Source: Takakia lepidozioides (taxonomy: Eukaryota > Plantae > Bryophyta). From it: DNA of 64,000 nt. Location: NCBI GenBank assembly GCA_030704615.1, contig CM060731.1, positions 78,740,001 to 78,804,000 of the forward strand, given 5' to 3'. The translations under genes and the position numbers were made by a program. Each line of letters starts with the position of its first letter. Position 1 is the stretch's first letter. Shown one piece after another: positions 50,001 to 61,600 of the stretch. Under the pieces are notes generated by a model. That model saw only the letters and a list, made by a program, of their open reading frames with translations. It was not told the DNA's origin and did no database searches.

Positions 50001-51965
50001 GAACAGACAGTAGAATCTGCCACGGATCTCATAGTAAAGAGGACAGCAAAAGAAGAAGTGCTCTTCGGTTTCGATGGAACGGTTGGGCCCAGTGCAAGCT
50101 GGCATAGGCGGTCTTCTCGTTGCAAGTTTTCCCATCTACCAGTCTCTATCTGTAAATTGTGGGAGCCCACCCTGAATCGCCCCAACTCCCTCAGAAGAGA
50201 GGGAGATAAAGGCGCAGATAAGTAATTAGGCGAGAACTAAGAATGTCTCTGGGTAGAAATGGATTTTTGTTGTTAGAGTGGCCGGCTTCCATGGCTTGAC
50301 ATGGAGTTCCATAAGTTCTCTTCTAATGAGTCTGTTGCGAACATGTTTGGACGTGATCTCCACCCCTTCTGTATTTTGTGGCAACAGGGAAGCAACAGAG
50401 AGTCCATTGCCCTTCAGTTTATTAGGCGCATGGGAGAGTGACAGGGATGCAGCCAGAGGGGGATGTGCATCAATGAAAAGGGAAGACATGCATCATAAGC
50501 ATAGCCAAACTCACCCGATGAACAATGCCAAGAAAAAATGTGGATATCACTACTCCTGGGCAGGCAAGCAGCACCATTTGGACAAGGCATCTCTGTAGCA
50601 CTTGACAGTGGAGAATATGAGCAAGGCATCATTAGCAGATTTCAGTTTCTCTTAGAAGAGTTGGTCAACATTGTTTACGGCAGGATCAAAATAATATCTG
50701 AAGCTCACCTCCAATCCACCTAAACACTCATCCCACGGCTACCCAGTGGCAGGCACTGAGGTTGTAGCAAATATTCTGTATACAGTTTCAAGGATCCTTC
50801 CGAGCTTGCCTGTCAGTAAGCATTGATGCACGTTCTAGGGGAGTTAAATTATAGGGAAGGAGACAGTTGCATACCTTTATCTGGTGAATCTCCATAGCAA
50901 AGGAGCTCTCAAAGAGAAGAGCCGGAAGAAACACAAACAGAATGAGGTTTGGATTGATTCTGGCCCCTGTTAGGACATAAGGGTTATGTGAGTTGCATAC
51001 AATTGCTCCTCCATCTGTCTCCATGTGAGCCAAAGGTCTCTGCCTGCATGCTTGGGTTATACTTCAATCCTGATCACATATTTGTCCAGTTGCCCTCTGC
51101 CTTGTTTTCAGCTTAGTATGTATTGATCAGGTGGTTTGTTGCAACTACTTGTATTTTGGAAGGGAGTGCAGGACTTGGATTCCAGGAAGACAGGAAGGGA
51201 GAGGAGGAAAGACAAATACAACTTACATCCACGGAAGGCTGAGAGGGCCCAATAGGAAAACACAGTCGAAATAGAAATTCATCATGTCCAGAAGAGAAAG
51301 AGAAATTTAATTTTGTCTATGGACACAGTAGGACAAAATAGTGGAACCAGTGTTCAAATGAAATTTAAACCCGAAGGTCCTTTCAGAGGCGAACCCTGCA
51401 CCCCGTCAGGGAATTTATCCTGGAGTCTTGTAGAGGAAAGAAGTTTTGACCGCCTAAGTTTTCTGGGCTTTGCTGAGGTGGTATTTGACGAGGGTGTGTG
51501 ATGAAGTTTCATCTGGGGTCGTTCCTTTCCTGTTGAATTAAAAGTAAGAGAGGAGGCTTACACATTCGGATGCTGTCACTCAATGTGCCAAGGCTGCTCT
51601 TGGTTCCATACTCTGCAGGCCACCATCACAACCCAGGTCATAATTTGACATCCAGATTGTCTGGAAGAAAGTGAAGAGTGAACAAGCAGCCGCAGTAGGG
51701 AAATAGACACAGATGTTACTTGTCCATGACTTGTCACCATCAAACTTTCTACTAAACTAGGCTCTGCTGCAAGCACCTCAGTTTTACATGAGACCTCACA
51801 TGTAAAATGATGATCCATACCTAGGGCACCAAGGCCTATGCCCAGAAGCAGCAAAGCCACAGTGTAGGGGACCCTCGTATCTTTAAAGAGCTGGCGTGAG
51901 ATAACCCCCAAACAGAGTGAGACTCCGACAAATAGAATGGCAACCTCTGGGTTCACCTCATCCAT
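35026..51965 (-). CDS. SOS1: Plasma-membrane Na+/H+ antiporter SOS1/NHX7-like (about 23 exons)
   Basis: RVPYTVALL; FLPALLFESSFAMEIHQIK; LSATDPVAVVALLKELGASKKLSTLIEGESLMNDG; GLRGAVALSLSLSV; LTLIINGSTTQ; LGEDEELGPADW; GVQAAYW; AAFLRAHRIAR; cNMP-like DGIWLIANGVVK and FSHGSTLGLYE. Exons traced in frame by eye. Confidence 0.93.
36767..37100 (-). mobile_element. Possible old Copia integrase C-terminal remnant in a SOS1 intron
   Basis: YFPDYDSKGLDTKSMCCRFV weakly resembles the Copia KLDxKSxxCxFVGY motif. Confidence 0.3.
39100..39885 (+). mobile_element. RTEX-like non-LTR retrotransposon 3' fragments (SOS1 intron)
   Basis: LGRFRVGSHNLQIETGRWEDLQREDRLCLAC...ETEEHFFNCPLYYEIR, preceded by a 3' UTR piece with a (TTTCA)n tail. 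Confidence 0.7.
39885..40490 (-). mobile_element. Ty3/Gypsy RNase H end to integrase N-terminal fragment, no LTR seen
   Basis: QLRWQDTLAVFDVDIQYKPGRDNVLADALS; HHCC finger ECHDGLLAGHGG...CTICQ; PERSWESVSMDF...VVVDRFSKMGH. Confidence 0.9.
40490..40850 (-). mobile_element. Probable fragment of another LINE ORF2 C-terminus
   Basis: WKLSHENEVRQKTSLNLF...LGTRLKFKLRAGSLPLN resembles the post-RT region of RTE/RTEX-type ORF2. Confidence 0.4.
40853..41190. mobile_element. Cluster of RTEX-like 3' ends in both orientations
   Basis: A plus copy ending catttcatttcat abuts minus copies (ctcaaagagcttatggg...gaaatgaaatg). Confidence 0.7.
42690..43266 (+). mobile_element. Two tandem RTEX-like 3' fragments
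   Basis: FYHEIHERFNCLFRDTHSLMEVFHYRDQKCLAAYLHEA; tails ggacgttataaag..ccatttcatttc at ~43080 and ~43250. Confidence 0.75.
43954..44640. mobile_element. RTEX-like insertion with a 5' inversion
   Basis: The minus segment 44390->43954 ends ...YYEIRGRFNCLFR. The plus segment from 44393 continues DTQSLMEVFH... to a (TTTCA)n tail. Confidence 0.8.
46010..46120 (-). mobile_element. Short RTEX-like 3' end with a (TTTG)n tail
   Basis: Reverse complement reads tcataagctttttgagccacccatggacgctaga followed by tttgtttgtttgtctgtttg. Confidence 0.5.
48549..48605 (+). mobile_element. Minimal RTEX-like 3' end
   Basis: ccataagctctttaagctatccatgaacattataagtgtcaattcgtttca matches the family terminus. Confidence 0.5.
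49760..50420 (-). mobile_element. RTEX-like 3' fragment, best preserved copy
   Basis: RNRLIRRELMELHV...LGRFRVGSHNLQIETGRWENLQREDRLC...ETEEHFFFCCPLYYEIRGRFYCLFRDSQSLTEVFHYEDQKCLAAFLHEAL, then the 3' stem-loop and (TTTCA)n. Confidence 0.8.
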
Positions 51966-53502
51966 CAAGAAGTCTATATCGTGTGTCTGGCTATCTCATG
52001 CAAATCCATTCATAGACCTCTCCACACCAAATATGTGCTCATTTTGACTGGTTTCTGCTTGATTTTCTGGGCCTGGTTTTGCTTTTCACTAGAATGCTTG
52101 GTCCACTTGTGTACCATGGGCTGAAAATACACCTCATGATATCCTGAAAGTCCGAGGTGGCATTCAACCGAGAAGAGATTCTAATTACTCTACCCAGCCT
52201 CAGTATTATCAAGGGATGAAGCAAAATCATTGTCAGTCCTTGTGTCTCCTAGAATCTGTGCAGTACTGAAACCAGGAGCTCTGGTGGCTGTATTGGACAG
52301 AGGATCTCACAGTACTTGCATTTAACTCCATGGAAAAAATTGGACGGTATTCTACTTAGTAGTGTATTTCAAGCATCAAGGACGACGAGCGTCACGTCAC
52401 AGTTACTCTCTTAAACCCCTCTTAGCTCATACCCTAGCTCTCTTTATTCTTCTTGTGCGTTTTGGGGGCTGTTGAGTTAGAAGGTGTGGAGGTGTGGAAG
52501 AGCTCAGAAAAGGGCTTTTCATAAACTCACTAATCGGTACCAACTTCACAGCCATTAAAGAAGGCATCCGGACACACTTGCAAGAGTGCGAGTAGTACTT
52601 GAACGAGAGGGAAAGAGTGAGAAAGAAAGAGCCTGCTGAGGCAAGAAAGAGAGACTGTTTACTGATTCAAGTTGTCCTGTCAGGGCTTTCAATAGAGAGA
52701 TCTGTAAATTGCAGTTGCACAGAACACTAAAGATATTGCCTTGAGCGTAGGCAGAGAGGGAAAATTATATGTGGCAATTATAAAGGCTGTTCTGTGAACA
52801 AAGCAGGCAGAACGACAGTCACAGAGAATATTAGTGTGCAGAGACTCCCAGAACTCTTCAATGTAAGCACCACCCTTGCCCCAAAGCAATCAGTGAGAAT
52901 TGAAGAAAATCTTGTTTGGAATTGGAACTTTTCCAAGCGAAGTTCAAGCTTAATACTCGGAGGACCTCAGTTGTCGGGAAACCAGTAATTCAGCCTGACA
53001 GACGCAAATCCCCTTGAGAATTGTGGCATTTCTATACTGCGAGCACATCAAACGCCAGGCCCACATTGCTAGACCTTGGCAAAGTCCTTTGCATCCAATC
53101 ATTCCCCCAAATGTGAAATTCATGTAAAAATAGTAGAATTTGTGGCGACCCAAGCCCATCTCAAACCAAATCGAAGAAAACTGTATCATCTCGCGATCGG
53201 ACAGATGCAGGACGGCAAATTCCATGCCCAGACCTAGGGCTTCCTCCTCCTTGAAGCATCAAGCAGAATCATATCTTCCAGAGCGAAATTTCAACTTGAT
53301 GAAGACCTAATTGGCGGGAACGGTGCTGCCCATTTTGGGAACAAATTCTTTTTAAAACTGCCCCTGGAAAAACAAAACTGAATTATATTTTTTTTAATAT
53401 TTCTTATATTACTTTCTTCGTCTTCTTTTTTATTTTTACAAACCCGGGGCAGAGACCCTTTTTAATTTTATTTATAAAGGCGAGGAAAAAATAACTCAAA
53501 AT

Positions 53503-53538
53503 GATACAGACCAAAAAAAAAAAAAAAAGATACAGACC
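53503..53538 (+). mobile_element. Solo poly(A) insertion with target-site duplication
   Basis: GATACAGACC-A16-GATACAGACC. Confidence 0.75.
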
Positions 53539-54199
53539 ATGAGGAGGAGAAAAGGTACACTGCCCCCGAGACCCCAAACCTAAAGCAAAAGCTGCACGAA
53601 GCTAAGGATGAGTAGACTGCAGCACCGAGAAGAGGATGAGAGACTAAGAGAAGCCAATGCGATCCAAGGAGGAAAAAGGAGAAACCATGGCGGCTGTCCT
53701 TCTAGCGCCTGGAGGAATCATAAGTGAGCTGAGCCATAGACTTGCCCTTCCTCACAGAAGTGCGCTTGTGCGCCAATTGACATCGGAATCTTGAGGCTCC
53801 ATAGATTGCTGGTCGCTAGTGGAGCTTCCAACGTGTCGGGATGCCGTCGTTCCAAAGAATCGAGGACTCGGAAGTTCTTTCATAGAGATGGCCGCCTTTT
53901 CCCCGGGTGTTATCAAAGCGAGTGAATAGCTGCATCCTCCTTCCTTGCGAACATCTAGCAACAGTTGAACAAAGCACACGCCACGCCTTGTGGGCCTTAG
54001 ACATCAAGTCTGTGAACTCTATGCATCAAAAGCCTAACGCAGGTAAGCACCCCCCCAAACACAAGGGAACACCTGATTTTCCAAATATTCCATAAAATAA
54101 GTCCCCTAAGGGCACTCCAAACAACTTGGCAGGAACTCCACATTCTACCCTCGTCCAAATTAAGAAGCAGCACCGAAAAACCAGAGGGGAGGTCCGAAC

Positions 54200-54876
54200 C
54201 AGTGTTGTACTGTTATCAACTTTTGATGATAACATGCGGGGCCTGGTAAAGAAGAATTCATAATTTCGTGCTCCGGCATGTTCTCGAATATTAAAAAGTT
54301 TATGGATTTTATTACCAGTGAGTATAAATATTGCATGTTCTGTAATTTTTCGACTCTGGTTATCAAGACTGGTAGTACAGAATGTTATATTGCACGTTAT
54401 CAACAGCGGGTATCAATAGTTCAGAAAACATAGTGCACACATTCGAAATATGTATACTTCAACACATGCATAATGCAACTACATGTCTTTGAGCACATAG
54501 CCATAGTCATAATCACTTAGCACATAATCTGTAGCTCCACATAATATGTAGATGCACATAATCCCCAGCAGATCGCCCTCCTAAATCCACCAAATCTGCT
54601 GCTGATTGCATTCCTAAACCTACATATCTGCCGCCTTACCCCATGCTCATACCAGGAACCACAACAGAGAGGAGACGGCTGGTATCAACAACGAGTAGAA
54701 ACAGCAAACCCTAATCCCAGCCGGGTAGGGTTTTTAAGGAAAAACCACGTTACGACCCGACAGGTCTGTTACAAGTGAATTTTCCTACAACCTATAACTG
54801 TCGGGTAGGGTACCTCATAACCGGGTTGATGACCGGGTTGATAACCGGGTCAACCCTCTATAACAGTCCAACACTG
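54200..54876. mobile_element. Non-autonomous hAT element, 677 bp
   Basis: 17-bp TIRs CAGTGTTGTACTGTTAT / ATAACAGTCCAACACTG (1 mismatch), 8-bp TSD GTCCGAAC (54192-54199 and 54877-54884), subterminal accgggt repeats. Confidence 0.92.
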
Positions 54877-55629
54877 GTCCGAACTCCAAAACAAGTAAAA
54901 ACCACGAACCAAACCCCAAACAAAAGAGGCCAATGTCAGTTAGATGACTCCGAGTCAGATTCTGATTGTGATTATGATCTGGAAAAGGATGACATTATTG
55001 ACATTGACAATCCTGGCGATGCAAAACCTGACACAAGTCCCTTAGATGGTGAAGGCGAGCTCCGCATTTTGCGGTGAGAGAGGGCCAGCTCAACGGTTGT
55101 CTCTCACCTCCCGGGCTTCCAAGATCCCCCCCGGCCTGCCGAGATGGCGTCTTACCCCAGCCTGATCGCCTCCCTAGTCCTAACTTTCTCGAAATGGCCC
55201 ATTCCAGCGATCTCGGAGACCTTAAGTTGCCCCATTTCGGCCCAGGGATGGTACTTCTTCCATCATCCCCCCGCCGTCTGCTAATGACGTCCTTCTTCAT
55301 CCCTAAGGACAATCCTCCTGGCTATCTCTAAGAAGTGACCCCAAGCATGCCCCCATTATTGCCCTGCAGTTTTGGGGCCAACATTCCTGGCTCCGCCTGC
55401 CCCTGAGCGACACATCCTTCCCTGTCTTAGCCATTTTAACATGATTCATCATTCCCTAATCAATATTAGACGGCTTCCCGCATGATAATCAATCCCCCAA
55501 CCGCCTTGCTATCTAAGCTCCCCCGCCACCTTTCACAGGGCGCTTTTGTTCCTTCATGTTTCCGGTGCATAGCTCCCGCCATCTCTGTGTTCTCGATTGG
55601 TGTATCAGCATATCGGTGTCTCACTTGGC

Positions 55630-58600
55630 CCGCGTGGTCCCGGAAATTTTCGGAAGTAATCGAAGTGTTTGGTTCTCCAGTTCGTGCTCTAGTGCTTCGG
55701 TCTAGGCTTTTAGTGCTTCCAGGCTCTTTTTCAATCTTTGATGGTTTCTCCTTGGTTCGTTGAATGTGGCTCGGTGTCTTAATTCTTCTTCCTGACGATT
55801 CTGGTTTCCTTCCAATTCTTCTCTTCTGCTTCCATCTCTCACCCCTCTCCCTTCCTTCTGCAGTAGGATTTTCCTTTATTGTGGCTTCCCTGTGTTTACC
55901 GGTTTTAAGCTCAGTCCTCTTAGTGCCCTTCTTGTTAGCTTGTTTTGTCCTTCCTCAAGTCCCTTCAATGGCCCCTGCTAAGTTTGCCCGTTGTGGAGCT
56001 CCAACTACCAGATCTCAAAGCCGCTCGGCTACAGCCATTCAGGCTACTTTGGCAATCCCTTCCACAGGGACGGGTTTCTTCCAAGCCCATAGAGCCCTGG
56101 CGCGAAGTCGCAGCCCTCCGGCAATGTGGACAATTCCGGTCCGGGTTCCCTTTGGATGCTCCTCCCTCTCCCTGGCTGAGACAGTCGCCAAATTCAGATT
56201 CCACTGCGCATGAGAACCCACCCCGGAGTAGCGGGACTTCCTCACCAACTCCCCATGCAGTCGACCCCCAGCAGGATCAAATGGAGGATATCTCGGATCT
56301 CTAGAGATCGATGAGTAAATCCCACCCACTCGTGGAGCTCAATATGTCCACAATCCACGACAGTGTCGCAGCCTTTTCGGAGAAAGGGGTGCTTCTGCAC
56401 TTCCCAGGTAGAAAAGTTGACAGAGATCATGCAAGAGATTGGGCTATCTGTCACTTAGGGGGGTCTGGTGACCTTCATCATCATTTCTGCCACTCAAGGG
56501 GCCAAGGATTCTTCTCGGTTCTTTTGGATTCAAAGAAAGCTGCAAATAGGGCACTTTTCTTTAATCCCACTTGGCTGGATTTAATGTTAATATTTTTCCT
56601 TGGTCGAGTGCTATGGGCAACAAAAATGGAAAGGTGTGGAGTCCTAGGATCATTGCCCTGCCATATATCCCGAACCAGTATCTCTTCAGTTTGCCCGAGA
56701 TAGGGAACTTCTTGGGGGAGTATTTGGGATGTTTGGCGGTGTTTGACCTCCACAACTGTCCGGAAGCCCTTAAGAATAATCTTGCTTGGAGGGGGGCCTC
56801 GATTTCATCAAAGGCACATGAAAATGGGTTTCCTAAGATTGTTATAAAGATGCCTAATGATGCAATCATCCCTGAATTTATTCGTCTCCCCATTGATGTC
56901 AAAGACAACTTCTTCTCGGTTAAATTATCTAAAGACACTACCTCTACAGTCTGCTACTACTGTGGACGTACAGGGCACCTCAAAACTGCTTGCCCGAAGG
57001 CCCAAAAGAAAAGAACACGGTCCCCGTTAGGGGCAGATCGGCAATCTGCCGCCCCCCCTCAAAGGCATTTCTATGATCCGAAAGGGAAGTCCCCTGTCTT
57101 CTCCCAAGACACGCACTCTACAAAGAGGGTAGCATCGCATGCAAGTGACAGAGACTTGCCAGAATGGGTTCCTCTAGCTTCTCGTCAAGCTCAGCCACCA
57201 ACTCACTGCAGGCGGTCAGCCTTGCAAGACCCCATGCTTTTGGCCATTGGCAGTGTTTCCATGGTGATTCGCCTGGGGGGTGCACCCTAGCCAACCTGTA
57301 CCAGCCACGTGCGTGCACAGGAGGGGGTATTTTTAACCCCCCCATGTACAACATTATACATACATAGGGGGGGTAAGCAACACCTTAAATATAAGTCTAC
57401 AGCAAGGGTTTTGTATGATTGCAAGGGTTTTGTATGATTAGGAGGGTAGTGTAGTGGTAAGGGTCACTAATATCATGATTTTCATCATGGGTTCAAATCT
57501 CACGGTGTCTTGAATTTTTTGAAAACTTTGAAAATATATATATACACAATGCAGATTTGAGCTCAAGACCACCTACACATCACGACCAACTCCATACCAC
57601 TTGGCTGGTCCACCACGATTCTTGAAACAATTGTAATGCTAAGCAATAATATACAATAAAGACAATATTTTGTTTTGTATCATTGTTGAGATCTCCCCAA
57701 CCGCGGGGCCAGCCCTGGTGTTTGGTACCATTGGAAAGCCCTCGATGAGGAGGGGTGCACTGGCTTGGTATCATAATTTTGGAACTTGCAGTGTGGGAGA
57801 TATGAAATTTCAAGTACTTTTGGTCGTTGGAAACTCGCGAAAAATAGCAAAATGGGCTTTCTTGCAACAATTACTGGCCATTTATTTATCTTTTGTACAC
57901 GGGGACATAAATGTAAATAATTGGGTTTTTTTTTCAAATATGGCATGAACACAATATTGTTTGTAGGGTCCTTGAGATCTCCCAAACCGCAGGGCCTCTA
58001 GCCACGATTTTGGCACCGTTGGAAAGCCCTCAATGAGTAGGGATGCACCGACTTGGTTTCATAAAATTTGGACCTACATAGTAGTACAGGTCGAGGTCTG
58101 TTTTTAAATGAATAAACTTGATATAATAATAAAAATACATATACATATTTGAGGGTATTTTTTAATGATTCAAAAAATATATATACATACAGCAGGGGGT
58201 ACTTTTTAAAAATTACAAATTTCTATATATTTACAGGAGGGGATTTTATAATCTTCAAAATGTGTGTACAGAGGGGGTATAAATGATCCAAGGACCCGTA
58301 TACAGGGGGTTTTTTTATTAGGCGGCGAACGCACGTGATACGGACATTTTATAAAGAGTGCACCCCCAGGGTGATTCGCAACAGGGAAGGACATGATTCG
58401 CCGGCAAGAAACATCAGGCAAGATGATTTGGGCAACATCCCCTCCAGGCCCCCAGCATCCCTTTTTGGTAATGATCCAGCACTGACCAGAAGCTCCCTTC
58501 ATCTCTCCGCATCCTCCTTGATAGCCTACAATCCAGTCATAGCCAGAATTTGCACCAATCTTCATTCTTTCCCCGCTTTGTCCCTTCCGGGCTCTTCAGC

Positions 58601-61600
58601 CATAGTCTCTCAGTCCTATTCCAAAGCTACCTGTGTGACACCATTAATCTTCCACAGATCCCCAGCTCCTGCCTTCCTAGCCACGAAGGGCAACGCTGTC
58701 AGCTTTGAATCCATCTGGATTTCCAACAACGATGTTTCTATTTTCATGGCCGAATCTCCCATTGACTGTAGTCCAATCCCCACTCTCAGAAACAAGATCA
58801 ACTCCTTTCTTCAATCTAAGTTTCCTCATTATGTGCTCCCAGCCACTGCTCAAGTCACTTGAGGTACCTACATTGAGGACCATCCTACTCTAGGGGTTAA
58901 CCTTTCGCCATCTACCCAAATTCTAGCCCTCATGGAGGAGTCGGACCTGCTAGTTACCCAAAAGATGCAGGAAGGGAGATCATAGATCTAGCCTGCCCTT
59001 CATGACCAGCCTTCCTCGTCTTGCCGGGCCCTCATCAGGGCCAAAGACACAATGTGCTATGGTTTTTCCTTGCTCCAAGCCCTTAGGGAATCGGAAGAGG
59101 TGCAAGCGAATGAGGATTTTTAGAGCCAAAGATTCCAAGAGTACCGGGGACCAGTCCATGACAATGCTCGAGCTGATCCGGGAATCTCCACAGGATATCA
59201 GCAGCAACAGGCTGTGCCTCAGCCCCCCGACTCATCACCTGGACCGGATGCGGGTGCAAGGGCTTAATTGGACCTGTCACCCCGGCAGCCCTGCTCCTGC
59301 CATCAGCAACTCCGGCTCCACCGGTCTGCCTCCCTATCGCCCCCCATTACCCGGTGAGTGGCCTCCCTATTGTCATCCCCTTCCTTATTTTCTACCCATC
59401 TCCCTTAAACCCCAACAAAGGTAACGTGTTGTGCCTCAGAACCAGGTCACCCTTTCCAAGTGGCTGGAAAAATTTCCCTTCAATATCCTACTCTCTATCA
59501 GATGGAGACTTTTCGATGTATTTTGGAGCAGGATAAGGACCTCTTCCCCTGGCCACACCAGATCCTCTCAAACTTATTCTTATCTCGGATTTTTTCATGC
59601 AACTATTGGGTAGACCTACACACCCACAAGATGCAGGTTAGTTTTTCTTCATGGAATATAAGGGGTATAGGCTCTGACCACTCAGCCCTCAAGAAAATTA
59701 AGCTGAGAGCATGGTTGGCTCCCCTTATTTCATCAGATGCCATTGTCTTTCTGTAGGAACATAAGCTAGATGATCTCAAAATTAGGAATCTTTATGATAA
59801 TCTGTGGCCTCTTGCATCCGCTCTCTGAAAGCCTTCATCCGACGGATCAAGGGGGGGTATAGCCATCCTCCTTTCCCCTTCCATAAGGCAATTTTTGGTG
59901 AAAGATGAGATTTGGGAGATAGGAAGAGTCCAGTTCTACTCCCTGCTGCTCCCGTCCGACCTGGAACCCATAGGCCTGGTAAACATATATGCCCCTAATA
60001 ATGCAAAGGATCGTTCTTCCCTGTGGGAGATGATCAACTTTAACATTTGCAGCCATAAGGAAATCAACAAATGGGTTCTAGGGGGGGACTTCAATATGGT
60101 GGAGAATGACTCAGACAGAAGAGGTTCTGCGACAGCACCCCTGAACCCAGAGGAGGAAACAATATGGCAATCTCTCCTCCAAACCCACAACCGGAAATCC
60201 TCCCTGACACCCATCTCAATCTAGGCTCTTCCCCCCATTTCACCTGGTCCAACAATAGAGCACTGGAACACCTATGTATGGCCCGCATGGATAGGTTTTA
60301 CCTCTCTCTGGCTTTATCCATCAATGCAACTAGAAAGCCGCAGGAACCCATTGTCCATGGGTTTGATCACGCCCTCATTGAGGCTTCACTGTCTTTCCCT
60401 AACGCTCATCGTAGAGGTAGGGGTGTTTACAAGCTAAACTCCTCCCTTCTCAATATTCATTCCTTTATGCAGGCATTAAAGGATGAATGGCATAATTCAG
60501 GCAACCATTTAAATTGCCCCATAGAGAGATTTATCTCTAAGCTGGCGGCAACCTGTAGATGCAGCCAGATCCTTAGTAAAGACATTGTTGTAGCCAGGTC
60601 CAGGAAGGTTAAAGCCCTTAAAAAATGTCTTGAGGTGTGCCAATCAAAAATCGAATCTCGCGCATGCGATGACCACACGTTTCAGACTTACCTAGAGGCC
60701 CGGTACAATGTGGGGATCTTTCAGGAACAACAATAGGAAAAATGAGAATGAAAGCAGGGGTCAATTGGTCTGCCAAAGGAGAGAAAATGTCTAAGCTACA
60801 TTTCTTTCAGAAAACCAAGCTTAGAAGGGCCATGCAAACCATTCCTGAGTTATATATAGACAGTCATGCCAACAAATCTTCCAAACCAAAGGAGCTCTAT
60901 GGGATGGCTTTCAAGCACTTCAGCTCCCTGTTCCAAGCAGAACCGGTGGGGTGGACAACGCCCAGTTGCTTCACTCATGCCTGCAATCTACCCCCAGTCA
61001 ATACAGGGAAGGGGAAGACCAAGCCTTGTTCAAAGAATTCACCCCTATGGAGCTGGAGGACGCTCTGGACCAAATGAACAAGGGTAAAACTCCCGGTCTT
61101 GACGGTATGCCAATGGAGTTTTACAAGGCCTTCTGGCCTCGCATCGCTCAAGAGTTTTGTGACATGGCAAATGAAATCCACAGGAAAGGTGCTATGCCAG
61201 GGTCCATGTCTCAAGGGGTCATTACTCTCCTTTTTAAAAAAGGAGATAGAGCAGACATAAATAATTATAGGCCCATAACGCTGCTTAATGTGGCCTATAA
61301 AATTATTGCCAAGGCCCTAGGCTCCAGCCCCTTCTCCTTTCGTTGATTAGAACAGGTCAAGCCGGTTTCGTAAAAGGCAGATATATATTGGATAATGTCC
61401 TTCAGGCCCAGGATGCGGATGCATACGCCCGGGCATCAAATCAGGCGCTGGCACTCTGGCTGCTTGACTTTGAGAAGGCATTCGACAAAGTGGGTTGGGA
61501 CTTTCTTCTGGCGGTTCTGCGAAAATGTTGGGCTGCCACCCTCATTCTGCAAGTGGGTAAAGATCCTTATCCGCAACAGCTCCAACAGGGTTATTATTAA

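Larger units (their letters stand above)
53430..55620 (-). mobile_element. 5'-truncated, decayed L1/Tx1-type LINE remnant
   Basis: QGGWGI (GGLGI-like) motif near 55500, WRVLCSTVARC near 53960 and an A-rich end near 53430 on the minus strand. Confidence 0.45.

Noticed and set aside
51970-52015. Short upstream ORFs before the SOS1 ATG
   Set aside because: 5' UTR structure unknown; they may be intronic, since an AG acceptor lies just upstream of the ATG.
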